Shown piece by piece: positions 47,232 to 57,167 of a stretch of DNA of 64,000 nucleotides (position 1 is its first letter; every line of letters begins with the position of its first letter). The stretch covers positions 2,080,001-2,144,000 of the forward strand of contig CBDIID010000003.1 of NCBI GenBank assembly GCA_965279515.1, read 5' to 3'. The translations under genes were made by a program, and so were the position numbers. The stretch comes from Turneriella sp. GTDB lineage: Bacteria > Spirochaetota > Leptospiria > Turneriellales > Turneriellaceae. Below the pieces are notes generated by a model. That model was not told the origin of the DNA. It ran no database searches and saw only the letters and a list, made by a program, of their open reading frames with translations.

Positions 47232-49874
47232 CTATTTTTCGAGGCGTAAAACGCTGGCGTACTGTTTAGCCTTAGCATCCGGAGCCATTGGTAGCGCATT
47301 ATTTCGCCCCTCTAAGAAGTACGGAATCTGGTCGCGGTAGTGTTTCGATGAACCGTTGCCTGAAACGCCTGTATGAACAATGAGCTCAGCCGGTTCAGGA
47401 CGATTGAAATCCACCACAAAGCGCATCGCGGGGATTACAAATGTGTCGAAATTCTCGCCCCAGGCATAGTGCGCAACGTTGATCGTATGGCTGTCGCCCT
47501 GGTAGGCAACGGGGCCGTGGTTCAGGTACCATGACGCGAGACCCAGATCTTTCGTCAGGTCGTTGCGCCAGTAGATCTTGTGCAGCTTTTCCCAGCGCCA
47601 TCTTTCGGGCGCACCCATTGCATCGCCGCAATACTCGTAGGCATCGGCGAGCGCGAGGGCAAACATGTCCGCGCGCGTTTCTTTTTGCGGGGTTCTGATG
47701 TCGTCAAAGAACGGGCTCTCTTCACGGCCGAGAATATGATCCTGCGGGGCATTGTACGAGCGCAGGTTGGTATCGATGAAATTTTTCCATAGCGGACTGT
47801 CGATCTCGAGCTCGTCGCCGAAGACGTTGCGCGTGAAGACATGGTAAAAGGCGCCGATCAGAGCGCCACCCTGTGAATCTTTCGTCATCGTATTATCGAA
47901 TTTCGCGAGCAGCTGGAGCGCCGCCTGTGCACGCTTTTGCTTTTTTTCAGGCAGTTTTGTTATCGCGGTATTCAGCTCGCCTTCGAGCGCCTTGAATGCA
48001 AGCAGGGTTTTTTCTGCCATGCGTGAATAGAGATCGAGCTGCATCTTTTTCGTTTCTTCCGCCGACCAGTCGTCTCTTTTAGAAAGCAGATCGGCAATAC
48101 GCTCGCCGCGCTCGGGGCTGTACCAGACGCCGCTGATCTGACGCGTATCGTCTTTGGGTACAGTGCGCTCGTTGGCCGTCACCAAAAAGCCCGCTTCGGG
48201 ATTTTCTTTGTGCGGCTGGCGGTCAAAAGGTAAGAAGGATTTCCAACGGTAGCCTTCTGCGGCGATCGAGGGCAACTGGCCTGTGCCCTTGGTGCGGACG
48301 GGAATTTTACCCGTTGTCTGCCAGGCGATATTCTCGCCGTCGCTGTAGACGAGGTTCAGGTAAATCGAATGGATCTTGCTTGTGGCCTTGCGGAAATCGG
48401 CCATCGTTGCAGCCGAACCCATTTCATAGATGCCGATGCCGGCGGTGTCGCCGTCTTGCAGCGACCAGCGCATGGCAAAATGCGTTTGAGTTTTCATGCC
48501 GACGGGAACCAGCGGAGTCAGCTGTTTTACATCGAGCTGGCTGACGGCATCGCTCACCAGCGGGCCATTACCGGTAAAGCGCAGGGTGATATCCTTATCA
48601 CGGCCGAAGCGCACTTTGAAGTGCTCGGTCGTTTCGCGCACCGGCGCCCACGTATTATCCGGTTTGAGGTACAATGTTTTGCCATTTTCAGACCTAATAG
48701 TTTCGATGAAGAGATCCTGGCAATCGGCTTCGACCATCGTTGCGCCCCAGGCGATATTGCCGTTGTAACCGAGCTGGATATAAGGCTGGCCCGCAATCGT
48801 AACGCCCGCCGCTTTGTATGTCGGCGAATCGATGCTCATCATCGACCAGATCGATGGAATCGTGATCGGCAGGTGGGTATCGTTAGCGAGAATGGTTTTG
48901 CCCCCCTTCGTTTTCTTTCCGGAAATGACCCAGTTGTTTGAAGCGGGCATGCCAGTGCGGAAAATTTTGTCGAGGTCAGTCAGCACATCGTGCAGGCGGT
49001 CTGTGTGCGGCGAGAGATCCCACGCGAGCTTCTTGTCGATCTTCTGCGCTTCGGCAAAGGGAATCGGTTCGTCCTGGTAGGTCGGCACGAGCCATGCCGC
49101 TTTTTCGGCGCCGAGCTTTTTCGCGGCATCTAAGAAGAAGAGTTCTTCATTGATATTGAGTGCCAGGCCGAACGACAGCGCTCCGAAAACATAACCGCAA
49201 TCGTAGATCGTCCAGGGCTCGGGAGTATAACCTGTCAGCACAAACTCGAGCGGCAGGTTGCTGTGCGTTTTGAGAAAGGCGTTTACACCCGCGGCATACG
49301 CTTCGAGGGGCGCACGGTTTTTTGCGGGCATTTTATCGATCGCACGATCGACGTTGCGCTTGATACCGACCGAGCGCATATAGACGTCGACGGGCAGCAT
49401 TTTGGAACCCGCGAGTTCAGCGAGTCGCCCCGTAACGGCGAGTTTGGTCGAATACATCTGCCACAGGCGGTCGGTGGCCGAAGCATAACCGGCGCCGAAA
49501 AAGGCATCCTGTTCGTTGTCGGCTTTGATGAGGGGGACTCCCAACTCGTCGCGCGCGATGGTGACGCCGCTGATGAGGCCTTCGATCTTGATCGTGCCGG
49601 TTTCGCTGACGACAGAACGGCGGGCCTTATAGAAAAGATAGATCAGCGCAATGAGCACGACGGCAACAATGCCGATCAGCAGGCGCTTAAAAAATTTCCG
49701 CTTACCAGAAACCGGTGCATCCATCGAGCCTGAGCCGGAAGCCGATTGTGGTAATGTGCGTATGATGGCGCCTGTGGCGGCGCCTTCAGAATCGCGTCCG
49801 GTATTGCTGCGCGAACGACCGGTCTGCTTGCTGGCCTTCGCTGGCTTTCGCGATGGGGTGGATTTTCTTGCCAT
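47232..49874 (-). CDS. Penicillin acylase-family Ntn hydrolase (QuiP/AHL-acylase-like), membrane anchored
   Basis: VTIARDELGVPLI, GYASATDRLWQM, autocleavage site MPA/SNNWVISG, ILANDTHL, GYNGNIAWG, AMRFVVD, HYRDQ. Confidence 0.92.
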   Translation of the reverse strand: MARKSTPSRKPAKASKQTGRSRSNTGRDSEGAATGAIIRTLPQSASGSGSMDAPVSGKRKFFKRLLIGIVAVVLIALIYLFYKARRSVVSETGTIKIEGLISGVTIARDELGVPLIKADNEQDAFFGAGYASATDRLWQMYSTKLAVTGRLAELAGSKMLPVDVYMRSVGIKRNVDRAIDKMPAKNRAPLEAYAAGVNAFLKTHSNLPLEFVLTGYTPEPWTIYDCGYVFGALSFGLALNINEELFFLDAAKKLGAEKAAWLVPTYQDEPIPFAEAQKIDKKLAWDLSPHTDRLHDVLTDLDKIFRTGMPASNNWVISGKKTKGGKTILANDTHLPITIPSIWSMMSIDSPTYKAAGVTIAGQPYIQLGYNGNIAWGATMVEADCQDLFIETIRSENGKTLYLKPDNTWAPVRETTEHFKVRFGRDKDITLRFTGNGPLVSDAVSQLDVKQLTPLVPVGMKTQTHFAMRWSLQDGDTAGIGIYEMGSAATMADFRKATSKIHSIYLNLVYSDGENIAWQTTGKIPVRTKGTGQLPSIAAEGYRWKSFLPFDRQPHKENPEAGFLVTANERTVPKDDTRQISGVWYSPERGERIADLLSKRDDWSAEETKKMQLDLYSRMAEKTLLAFKALEGELNTAITKLPEKKQKRAQAALQLLAKFDNTMTKDSQGGALIGAFYHVFTRNVFGDELEIDSPLWKNFIDTNLRSYNAPQDHILGREESPFFDDIRTPQKETRADMFALALADAYEYCGDAMGAPERWRWEKLHKIYWRNDLTKDLGLASWYLNHGPVAYQGDSHTINVAHYAWGENFDTFVIPAMRFVVDFNRPEPAELIVHTGVSGNGSSKHYRDQIPYFLEGRNNALPMAPDAKAKQYASVLRLEK

Positions 49875-49967
49875 GACAGGAAAAAAAGTGAAAAAAAGAC
49901 AGGGCGTAAAGAGATTCGGGCAATAAATGAGACTTTACGACCCAGGCGCCCGGGCCAAGGCTAGTTA
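49875..49967. promoter_or_regulatory. Divergent putative leaderless promoters (TTTACG hexamers)
   Basis: Minus-strand TTTACG at 49905-49910 is 30 nt from the acylase ATG. Plus-strand TTTACG at 49934-49939 is 28 nt from ATG 49968. Confidence 0.5.
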
Positions 49968-50510
49968 ATGAAATTCCTCAAACGGCTGGGTATAAGCTTC
50001 GGCGCGATCATCGCGGTGGTGTTGATTATTCCCCTGTTCACAAAGGACGAATACGCCGTCGTGCGTGAGGTGACCGTTAACCGCACGAAAGAAGATGTCT
50101 TCGCATACATAAAACTGCTCAAAAACCAGGATAATTTCAGCGTCTGGGCCAACATGGACAAGAACATGAGGAAATCCTACTCAGGCACAGACGGCACCGT
50201 CGGCTTTGTTTCAGCCTGGGAAAGCCAGAATAACCAGGTCGGTGCGGGCCAGCAGGAGATTAAGAAGATTCTGCCCGGCGAGCGCATCGACTATGAGCTC
50301 CGGTTTCTGAAGCCTATGAAGGCGACGAACCAGGCGTATATGAAAGTCGAGAGCGTCGGCGATAAACAGACAAAGGTCTTCTGGGGCTTTCAGGCAAAAA
50401 CCCCCTACCCGTTCAACCTAATGCTGCTGTTTTTCGACGCCGAGGCGATGATTGGTAAGGCTTTTGACGAGGGCCTGGGTAACCTGAAAAAGCTTCTCGA
50501 AAAGAAGTAA
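49968..50510 (+). CDS. SRPBCC/polyketide-cyclase-family protein with N-terminal TM
   Basis: YAVVREVTVN, VFAYIKLLKNQDNFSVW, GTDGTVGFVSAWES, RIDYELRFLKP, GLGNLKKLLE. Confidence 0.9.
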   Translation: MKFLKRLGISFGAIIAVVLIIPLFTKDEYAVVREVTVNRTKEDVFAYIKLLKNQDNFSVWANMDKNMRKSYSGTDGTVGFVSAWESQNNQVGAGQQEIKKILPGERIDYELRFLKPMKATNQAYMKVESVGDKQTKVFWGFQAKTPYPFNLMLLFFDAEAMIGKAFDEGLGNLKKLLEKK

Positions 50511-50560
50511 CGCTGCGGATACACTGCTTTACGCGGTGTCTAAATCCCCGGCAATGCCGT

Positions 50561-51169
50561 ATGCAGGCTAGCCCCTTTACCTCACATCCATGGCATGGCG
50601 TGGCCATCGGTAAAGAAGCGCCGCAGATCGTAACGGCATTTATCGAAATTGTGCCGTCGGATACGATTAAGTACGAAATCGATAAAGCCTCGGGCCTCAT
50701 GAAGGTCGATCGCCCCCAGAAATATTCATCGCTCTGCCCCACACTTTACGGCTTTATTCCACAGACCTACTGCGACGATAACGTCCGCCTGCTCGCCAAT
50801 GACAAGAAGGTCGAGCGCGGCGACCGTGACCCGCTCGATATCTGCGTGTTCACCGAGCGCGCGATTGCCGCGAACGGCTTTCTAGTGCGCGCGCGGCCGA
50901 TCGGTGGGCTCCGGCTGATCGATGATAAAGAGGCCGACGATAAAATTATCTCCGTTATGGCGGATGACCCGCTTTATGCAAAAATACAAACGCTCAAAGA
51001 CATGCCCGAGGCGCTCATCGACCGTATTCGCCACTACTTTCTGACCTATAAAGATTTTCCGGGACGCCAGCAAAAAGTCGAAATCGGCAAAGTCTATGAG
51101 CGCGACGAGGCGCTCGAAGTCATCGCGGCGTCGATTGCCGACTATGATTCCAAATTCAAAGGCGAATAA
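50561..51169 (+). CDS. ppa: Inorganic pyrophosphatase (family I)
   Basis: HPWHG, IKYEIDK, YGFIPQTY, GDRDPLDICV, EADDKII, HYFLTYK. Confidence 0.95.
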   Translation: MQASPFTSHPWHGVAIGKEAPQIVTAFIEIVPSDTIKYEIDKASGLMKVDRPQKYSSLCPTLYGFIPQTYCDDNVRLLANDKKVERGDRDPLDICVFTERAIAANGFLVRARPIGGLRLIDDKEADDKIISVMADDPLYAKIQTLKDMPEALIDRIRHYFLTYKDFPGRQQKVEIGKVYERDEALEVIAASIADYDSKFKGE

Positions 51170-51174
51170 CCGGT

Positions 51175-53070
51175 ATGATCAGTTTACAAAACATTGGGAT
51201 GTCTTACGGCGAACGCGACCTGTTCACTAAGGTGTCAGTACAGTTAAACGAAGGTGTGCGTTACGGTATCACGGGCGCGAACGGTTCCGGGAAATCCACG
51301 CTGTTAAAACTCATCGCCGGGCGCGACGTACCCACCGAAGGCAAAATCGATATCCAAAAGGGTACGCGCATTGCTTACCTCGAACAGAACCTGCCACTTG
51401 AATCGGGACAGACAGCGATCGAGATCGTGATCGGCGGCGATGAAATTCTCGCAAAGGCGCTCGCCGAGCGTGACAATGCCGATGCCGACCCCGCGCATGC
51501 GGGTGAGATCGAAGAGATCATCATGTCGCGTGAAGGTTACCGCGCCGAATCAGAAGCGGCACGCCTGCTGTCGGGCCTCGGGCTTCCCGACGAAGTGCAT
51601 ACGATTCCGGCGAATAAACTATCGGGCGGGCAGCTGATGCGCGCGCTCTTGGCGCGCTCACTCTTCGCGAAGGGCGAAGTGCTGCTGCTCGACGAACCCA
51701 CCAACCACTTGGACATGCCGGGCATCAAATGGCTCGAGAATTTTATCCTCTATGAATTCCAGGGCATGCTCTTACTCATCACGCACGACCGCGGTTTTTT
51801 ATCGGCGCTGTCTGAACAGATTCTCGACGTCGACTACAAGACCGTCACGATCTTCAACATGAATTACAACCGCTTTGTCGGCGCGCGTACACTGGCATCC
51901 GAACAAAAGGAACGCGAGGCCGAAGCGGCAAAAAGAAAGATCGCCGAACTGACCGAGTTCATCGACCGTTTCAAGGCAAAGGCCTCGAAAGCACGCCAGG
52001 CGCAGTCACGGGTGAAACAGGTCGAAAAGATCGAAGTACCCGAGATTATTCCCTCTTCACGCCGCAAGCCATCTTTTAACTTTCGTTACGAGCGTGAATC
52101 GGGGCGCGATGTTTTGAACATACACAATGTCGCGATGCAGTTCACAGACACCCCGCTTTTCACCGGGGCGGAATTTCTCTTGCGCAAGGGCGACAAGGCC
52201 GCAATCATTGGGCCCAACGGCCACGGCAAAACGACACTCCTCAAAATCATCGCCGGTGAACTGAAGCCCATCGGTGGCACCGTACAATTCGGCCATGAGG
52301 CCCGCCTGGGTTATTATGCTCAGGTGCACGCGGAACTCCGCAAACTGCAAGAGCCGCTGCACGAACATCTGCACCAGCTGCACCGCGAAAAAGCCGTCAA
52401 GGACGTGCGCGGTTCGCTCGGCCTCATGCTCTTCGAGGGCGACGAACAAAAGAAAAAGCTGTCTGCGCTTTCGGGCGGTGAGATGGCGCGATTCGTGTTT
52501 GCGGATCTCATGCTGCAAAAGCCCAATTTTCTTGTGCTCGACGAACCCACGAACCACCTGGACATCGAAGGCATTGAAGCGCTCGAAGACGCGCTCGCCA
52601 CTTACGAGGGCACCGTACTCATGGTGAGCCACGACCGTGCATTTATTAAGCGTGTCTGCACGCGCGTATTTGAGCTCAAAAATGGCAGTGTCAAAGAGCT
52701 CAATGCGGGTGTACGCGCACTCGAAGCAATGGAAGCTGATGAAGACAAGCCTGCACCGACGGCGCGCCAGAAAGCCGAAGCGGCCATAGTAGCCGAGGTC
52801 AACGGAAACGGCCAAAATGGCTATGGTGACCGCAAGAAACAGAAGAGCGAAGCCGGTAAAACGCAGACACGCATCAAAAAACTCGAAGAAGCCATCGCGT
52901 CGCATGAAGCGACGATTGCCGAACTCGACGCACTGTTTGCCGACGGTGAACGTGTGCAATCGCTCACGCCGGATGACATACGCATAAAATCGGCCGAACG
53001 CGCAAACCTGCAAAAGCAGCTCGACGAAAGCGTCGCCGAATGGGAAAGCCTGCACGCTACTTCGGCTTAA
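51175..53070 (+). CDS. ABC-F family ribosome-associated ATPase
   Basis: Two NBDs (GANGSGKST/LSGG/LDEPTNHLD and GPNGHGKTT/LSGGE/LDEPTNHLD), PtIM linker FKAKASKARQAQSR, C-terminal coiled coil, no TM. Confidence 0.95.
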   Translation: MISLQNIGMSYGERDLFTKVSVQLNEGVRYGITGANGSGKSTLLKLIAGRDVPTEGKIDIQKGTRIAYLEQNLPLESGQTAIEIVIGGDEILAKALAERDNADADPAHAGEIEEIIMSREGYRAESEAARLLSGLGLPDEVHTIPANKLSGGQLMRALLARSLFAKGEVLLLDEPTNHLDMPGIKWLENFILYEFQGMLLLITHDRGFLSALSEQILDVDYKTVTIFNMNYNRFVGARTLASEQKEREAEAAKRKIAELTEFIDRFKAKASKARQAQSRVKQVEKIEVPEIIPSSRRKPSFNFRYERESGRDVLNIHNVAMQFTDTPLFTGAEFLLRKGDKAAIIGPNGHGKTTLLKIIAGELKPIGGTVQFGHEARLGYYAQVHAELRKLQEPLHEHLHQLHREKAVKDVRGSLGLMLFEGDEQKKKLSALSGGEMARFVFADLMLQKPNFLVLDEPTNHLDIEGIEALEDALATYEGTVLMVSHDRAFIKRVCTRVFELKNGSVKELNAGVRALEAMEADEDKPAPTARQKAEAAIVAEVNGNGQNGYGDRKKQKSEAGKTQTRIKKLEEAIASHEATIAELDALFADGERVQSLTPDDIRIKSAERANLQKQLDESVAEWESLHATSA

Positions 53071-53797
53071 TGGCAGGATGAAACAGGTCCCGCATCTTTA
53101 TGGCTTCGGGATCGATCATCTGAATCACCAGGCCGCCGACCGCGGCTAAAACCAAAGTGATCACAAACGGCCAGATGGTCGCGCGGAAGGTGCTCTGCAT
53201 CCAGTCTTTTCTTTGCTCGCGCTTCGCCATGCGGTAAAACCCGACGCTGACCAGAGCCTCGAAAGTAATTTCAAAGATCAGTTCGGGTGCGATATAAACC
53301 ACGTAGAACGAAGAGATAAAAATACCGAAAAGTATGATGATGCCAATGACGAATGGCACCGCATCGCCGTCGCTGAAAAGATCGCCGATATCAGGAAGAC
53401 CTGAACCTCCTGAATCTGCGGACACGGACGAAGCCGCATCGACGACGTCGACCGCCGTTTCGATGGCATCGCCGACACTGTCGCCATCGGCGTTGTCCAG
53501 TGTCGCCGCCACACGTTGCCGGATGATGTCTTTTTCATGACTGATGGAATAGAACCAGTAAATCAAAATGCGCATATAGAGGAAAAAAGCGGCATAGGCA
53601 AAAAGCGCAGCCAGCGAATAACGCAGCCACATCGCCTGCACGCCGCACTTCAGGAGCAGAAACGATGTACCGAGCCCGGTCACGAGCGTCGCCGTCACGA
53701 TCAGGAAAACCTTGAGGCGCGGACTGCCCTGCAGGAGAATATGGTCGCGCGCGCGTTTGCGCAGAACATTCAGATCGGGGGGCATTTTTGTTTTCAT
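53057..53797 (-). CDS. Hypothetical integral membrane protein
   Basis: Several hydrophobic helices flanking an acidic Gly/Asp/Ser loop. VYIAPELIFE motif. Confidence 0.75.
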   Translation of the reverse strand: MKTKMPPDLNVLRKRARDHILLQGSPRLKVFLIVTATLVTGLGTSFLLLKCGVQAMWLRYSLAALFAYAAFFLYMRILIYWFYSISHEKDIIRQRVAATLDNADGDSVGDAIETAVDVVDAASSVSADSGGSGLPDIGDLFSDGDAVPFVIGIIILFGIFISSFYVVYIAPELIFEITFEALVSVGFYRMAKREQRKDWMQSTFRATIWPFVITLVLAAVGGLVIQMIDPEAIKMRDLFHPAIKPK

Positions 53798-53801
53798 CGG
53801 G

Positions 53802-54707
53802 TTACCTTAAGGTTTTTTCGAAACAAACCGCCGTCGGGTCGCTTTGCCATTTACCAAAAGATTCAATCCGCCCGAACCCGGCTTTTTCATAGAAGCGGAT
53901 GGCCTCGGGTTGGGGCTCACCGGCGCGTAGCTTAATTCTTTGAAAGCGGTTATGCTGGGCGAAACGTTCGGCGACAGCCACCAGGCGTTGCGCGAGTCCC
54001 GTACCGCGAAAGTCTGGTGCAACATACATAACATCGAGTTCGGCTTCGGTTTCCGTAAAGGGATAGAGGCCGATGCTACCAACCGGGTTCCCTCCGGAAT
54101 AGGCAATCCACAGACCGGCACGTGGCGCAGCAAAGGGTTTGAAGTTCATAGGATTCGGCGCTTTAAAGCCATAACGCGTTTGTATTTCAGTCCAGAGTGC
54201 ATCCAGCACATCGCTCATGCCGGCCGCATGCTCCATGGCGCGTACGATCGGCACATAGGCGCCGATCGGCTTTAACTTCTGATCGTAGTTCTGCAAATAC
54301 GCTTCCCCGCCATTGCAGTTCTCCGGCGAAATGATGTCTTTGAGTTCGGTGATGCGCCCGTCTGCGATGCGCGCTGAAGAATCACCCATGAGCAGAAAAT
54401 CGGGCGCGCCCTTCAGCTTATACGTCGCCTGCCAGCCAAAAAGGATTTCATCGCCGCGTAATCTCGGCCGTCCTGTTTCAGAGACGATGCGTTCGTCGAA
54501 GCGGCGATCAAATTCATTGCAGATTTTCCGGAACTGTGTTTGGATCGCCGCGCGGGTTTTCCATGTACCGGTAAAGGGCGGTGCGCCTTCGACGCTGTAC
54601 GTTGCATCGGCGCTGAAATACGGATCGAGTACGCTCCAGTCATCGCTGTCATAGGCGACCTCGAACGCTTCGAGATAGGCGAGCAGGGTTCGCAGCGGAG
54701 AAACCAT
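53802..54707 (-). CDS. SnoaL/NTF2-like domain fused to GNAT acetyltransferase
   Basis: Start ATG 54707 overlaps the MAPEG stop (TGATG). N-terminal FEVAYDSDDWS..YFSADATY..DGRITELKD. C-terminal ELDVMYVAPDFRGTGLA..AIRFYEKAGF. Confidence 0.8.
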   Translation of the reverse strand: MVSPLRTLLAYLEAFEVAYDSDDWSVLDPYFSADATYSVEGAPPFTGTWKTRAAIQTQFRKICNEFDRRFDERIVSETGRPRLRGDEILFGWQATYKLKGAPDFLLMGDSSARIADGRITELKDIISPENCNGGEAYLQNYDQKLKPIGAYVPIVRAMEHAAGMSDVLDALWTEIQTRYGFKAPNPMNFKPFAAPRAGLWIAYSGGNPVGSIGLYPFTETEAELDVMYVAPDFRGTGLAQRLVAVAERFAQHNRFQRIKLRAGEPQPEAIRFYEKAGFGRIESFGKWQSDPTAVCFEKTLR

Positions 54708-55120
54708 CAGAGTATCCCCGCGGCGACAGCAAATAGCACCGGTATCAATCCCACAGCGAGCGCCCAAACTGTTGAACGCGCGGTGGCTAAATCAGCGATG
54801 TAGAATGTGCTGTAGATAAGCCGCAGCGCCACATAGGCGACGGCGAGCATGTCTATCAGCATGAGAGGCCCGCGTTGCACCTGGGCAATGATCACCGCTG
54901 CGGCAAAAGGCGCGAAGGATTCGTAAGAATTTAACTGCGCCTGGTGGGCACGGCGGCGCCAGCCGGTGAGGCGATCCGCCGACTTCCGCGGATCCCGGTT
55001 GTCATAACCGGCACTCCAGCGCGAAGTCATATTCCGCTCAGGTAAACCCGTGAGAAAAAGCAATACATAAGGAATCACGCCGACACATAACACAGACCAA
55101 TACGCGACGCTCATATTCAT
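54707..55120 (-). CDS. MAPEG-family membrane protein
   Basis: YDNRDPR, GWRRRAHQAQLNSYESFAPFAAAV, RLIYSTFYIAD. Confidence 0.9.
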   Translation of the reverse strand: MNMSVAYWSVLCVGVIPYVLLFLTGLPERNMTSRWSAGYDNRDPRKSADRLTGWRRRAHQAQLNSYESFAPFAAAVIIAQVQRGPLMLIDMLAVAYVALRLIYSTFYIADLATARSTVWALAVGLIPVLFAVAAGIL

Positions 55121-55178
55121 ACGGCGGATAAAAACACAACAACAGCCGGCAGAAGATGGTTTCGAAACATAGGTTAAA

Positions 55179-55913
55179 TCAGTTTTGGAGACGTAGCGCC
55201 TTTAGATTTGCCAACCCCGGCACAGAGGCAAATTTTTCGGCCAGAATATCCAGTTCATGAAAAAACCAGGCGGCAACACCACGGCTTGTATCAGAACCGA
55301 TAATACCGTGCTGCATCACATAACGGAAAGCGACGATTCCATGCTCGAAAAACGCGGCCTTCTCGATGCGCTCGTATTTAGCTACCGCGTGATGCCATGC
55401 CCCTGGGTTTTCAGCCTCGCTCTTACCGATGCGATCGCAAAAGCCGATATGCTTTTTCTCATCGGCTGCAACTGCGAGAAAAGTGTCCGCGCCGAAGGCA
55501 TCATATGGCCTGAGAGCTTCGGCAATAATCGGGAACTGTTCAACCCCCCGCACTTCGATCGCGCGCAGCATCGCGTAGAGCTCAACCACGGTATTGGCAT
55601 CGCCGGCATTCGCATCGAACTTTGTGCCCATGCGACGGATGATCTGCAACTCGTCGGGGATTTTTTCCGCGGTCATGCCCATGCGGTGCAGGCATTCCTG
55701 GAAGAGACCCGCATGACGCTCCTCATCGGCCTGGTGCGCACGCACAAGCTTTTTGAATTCCATATTTTCGACACGCTCGGCAAGCATGTCAAAAACACCG
55801 TGCTCGTCGCCCTGTTCGGCGGCGATGGCAAAGCTGTAAATATGGCGGCGACCGGCCGGCGTCGCAGCGAGGCCTGACCAGAAGTTTCTGAATGCAAAAT
55901 GAAATAAATTCAT
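55179..55913 (-). CDS. Ferritin-like (di-iron four-helix) protein
   Basis: Paired E...DExxH motifs: AEQGDE/HQADEERH and IEVRG/ADEKKH. Confidence 0.8.
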   Translation of the reverse strand: MNLFHFAFRNFWSGLAATPAGRRHIYSFAIAAEQGDEHGVFDMLAERVENMEFKKLVRAHQADEERHAGLFQECLHRMGMTAEKIPDELQIIRRMGTKFDANAGDANTVVELYAMLRAIEVRGVEQFPIIAEALRPYDAFGADTFLAVAADEKKHIGFCDRIGKSEAENPGAWHHAVAKYERIEKAAFFEHGIVAFRYVMQHGIIGSDTSRGVAAWFFHELDILAEKFASVPGLANLKALRLQN

Positions 55914-55985
55914 TGAATCCCTGGCCCGGCATTCATGTCTTGTGGCCGCGCGTCAAGCTTGATCGCTTCGGCGTTTTCTTACCAC

Positions 55986-56921
55986 CTAAAATGCGCGGAC
56001 AACTGCTACCCGCGTTGCGTCGTCGGTACGCTTTGAGCTATCCAAGGATGGACCGACCCCGAGAAAGACAAATCGAACATTCTCTTCTGCCGGCTCGCTG
56101 CGGACAAACATCTTTTCATAACTTGGGCCTGTAATCAGTATATCGAGAAGTGCGATGGCATAAGTGGCGAGCAGCACGTAAGACGAATAGCCGCGCACTT
56201 TTTTCCAGGTTTGCGCCCGGTCATAGTAGGTATCAAAATCTGTGACGGCGTTCTCGTACGTAGTCATGTTGCTGCTGTAAAAAAACTGACCGAAAAACAG
56301 GCCAATAGCAGAACCAACCCAGAGTGTGCCGTAAATGGCACCTCGCCACTGCTTCGCATAAAGATGCCCGGCACCCGGAGCCAGCGCAGTCAAACCGACC
56401 ATCAGGCCATAATCTTTTCTCTGATAAGGCCTGCTGGCTTTCTGGGCAGGGGCGGGAATAGAGGCCACCGATGTCACCGGCAACCCGGTGGTGAGATTTT
56501 CCACGAGCTTGCCTGAAGATGCGGTTATAGCTGCTTTATCTTCTATGATAATTTCTTCGGCCTTGATATATTTTTTTCCCGCAACGTCTAATATCTTCGC
56601 GCTCAAAGTATATTGGTCAAAAGCATGGTCGATCTTACCGACTACCATATGAGTACAACCGAGCGCCCGCCCGACTGCGGCAAGACATGTCTCCGCCGAG
56701 CAGGAATCGACATAACCGATCTGGTCGTTACTCACCACGTCGAATTTTTCGGTCTTGATCAGGGCGATGCGAATACGTTCGGTAATAAATTCAGCTTCGG
56801 CGGGTTTGATTTTTTTTCCCGCCTCGAATTGCATGACAGCAATACGTTCGCGTGCCACCAGAGAATGCATGGCCGTAAAGAAAAGAGCTGTAATACAGCA
56901 GAGTTTAATTGATGATGACAT
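55986..56921 (-). CDS. Exported CsgG/TolB_N-like + DUF5683-like protein (same architecture as 27136 gene)
   Basis: Likely start ATG 56921. Signal peptide, RIAVMQF..C....C.AAVGRALGC..MVVGKI..YTLSAKILDV, ALAPGAGHLYA, YAIALLDI, ends VVRAF. Confidence 0.7.
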   Translation of the reverse strand: MSSSIKLCCITALFFTAMHSLVARERIAVMQFEAGKKIKPAEAEFITERIRIALIKTEKFDVVSNDQIGYVDSCSAETCLAAVGRALGCTHMVVGKIDHAFDQYTLSAKILDVAGKKYIKAEEIIIEDKAAITASSGKLVENLTTGLPVTSVASIPAPAQKASRPYQRKDYGLMVGLTALAPGAGHLYAKQWRGAIYGTLWVGSAIGLFFGQFFYSSNMTTYENAVTDFDTYYDRAQTWKKVRGYSSYVLLATYAIALLDILITGPSYEKMFVRSEPAEENVRFVFLGVGPSLDSSKRTDDATRVAVVRAF

Positions 56922-57078
56922 TGTTAATTTTATGATTGTTATTTTCGGTCGACTCACCCAAAGCGAGCGACGGCAAACTTGCGCCGGTAAAGATCGCGAC
57001 AGTGAAATCACTGGTTGCTGAGTTACCCTGGTTCTTCACCGTCACCTGGAGATTATGAGCCTGGATAAACTTGGGCAT
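56905..57078 (-). pseudogene. 57-aa CARDB/Ig-like domain remnant (below ORF-track threshold)
   Basis: Hand translation MPKFIQAHNLQVTVKNQGNSATSDFTVAIFTGASLPSLALGESTENNNHKINNVIIN. It carries the CARDB hallmarks VTVKNQG, LAxGES and ESxExNN with the middle missing. Confidence 0.6.
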
Positions 57079-57104
57079 CGGCGCGATTCGCTCAGGTGCG
57101 ATAG

Positions 57105-57131
57105 CCTGTCACCCGATTGTCGGGTTGCAGG
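57105..57131 (-). terminator. Hairpin downstream of amidase operon (possible terminator)
   Basis: CCTG-tc-ACCCGA-TTG-TCGGGT-tg-CAGG, with no strong U tract. Confidence 0.3.
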
Positions 57132-57167
57132 GTATGCTCGTTTTACAGCAGGTAGTTAATTTTTCAG

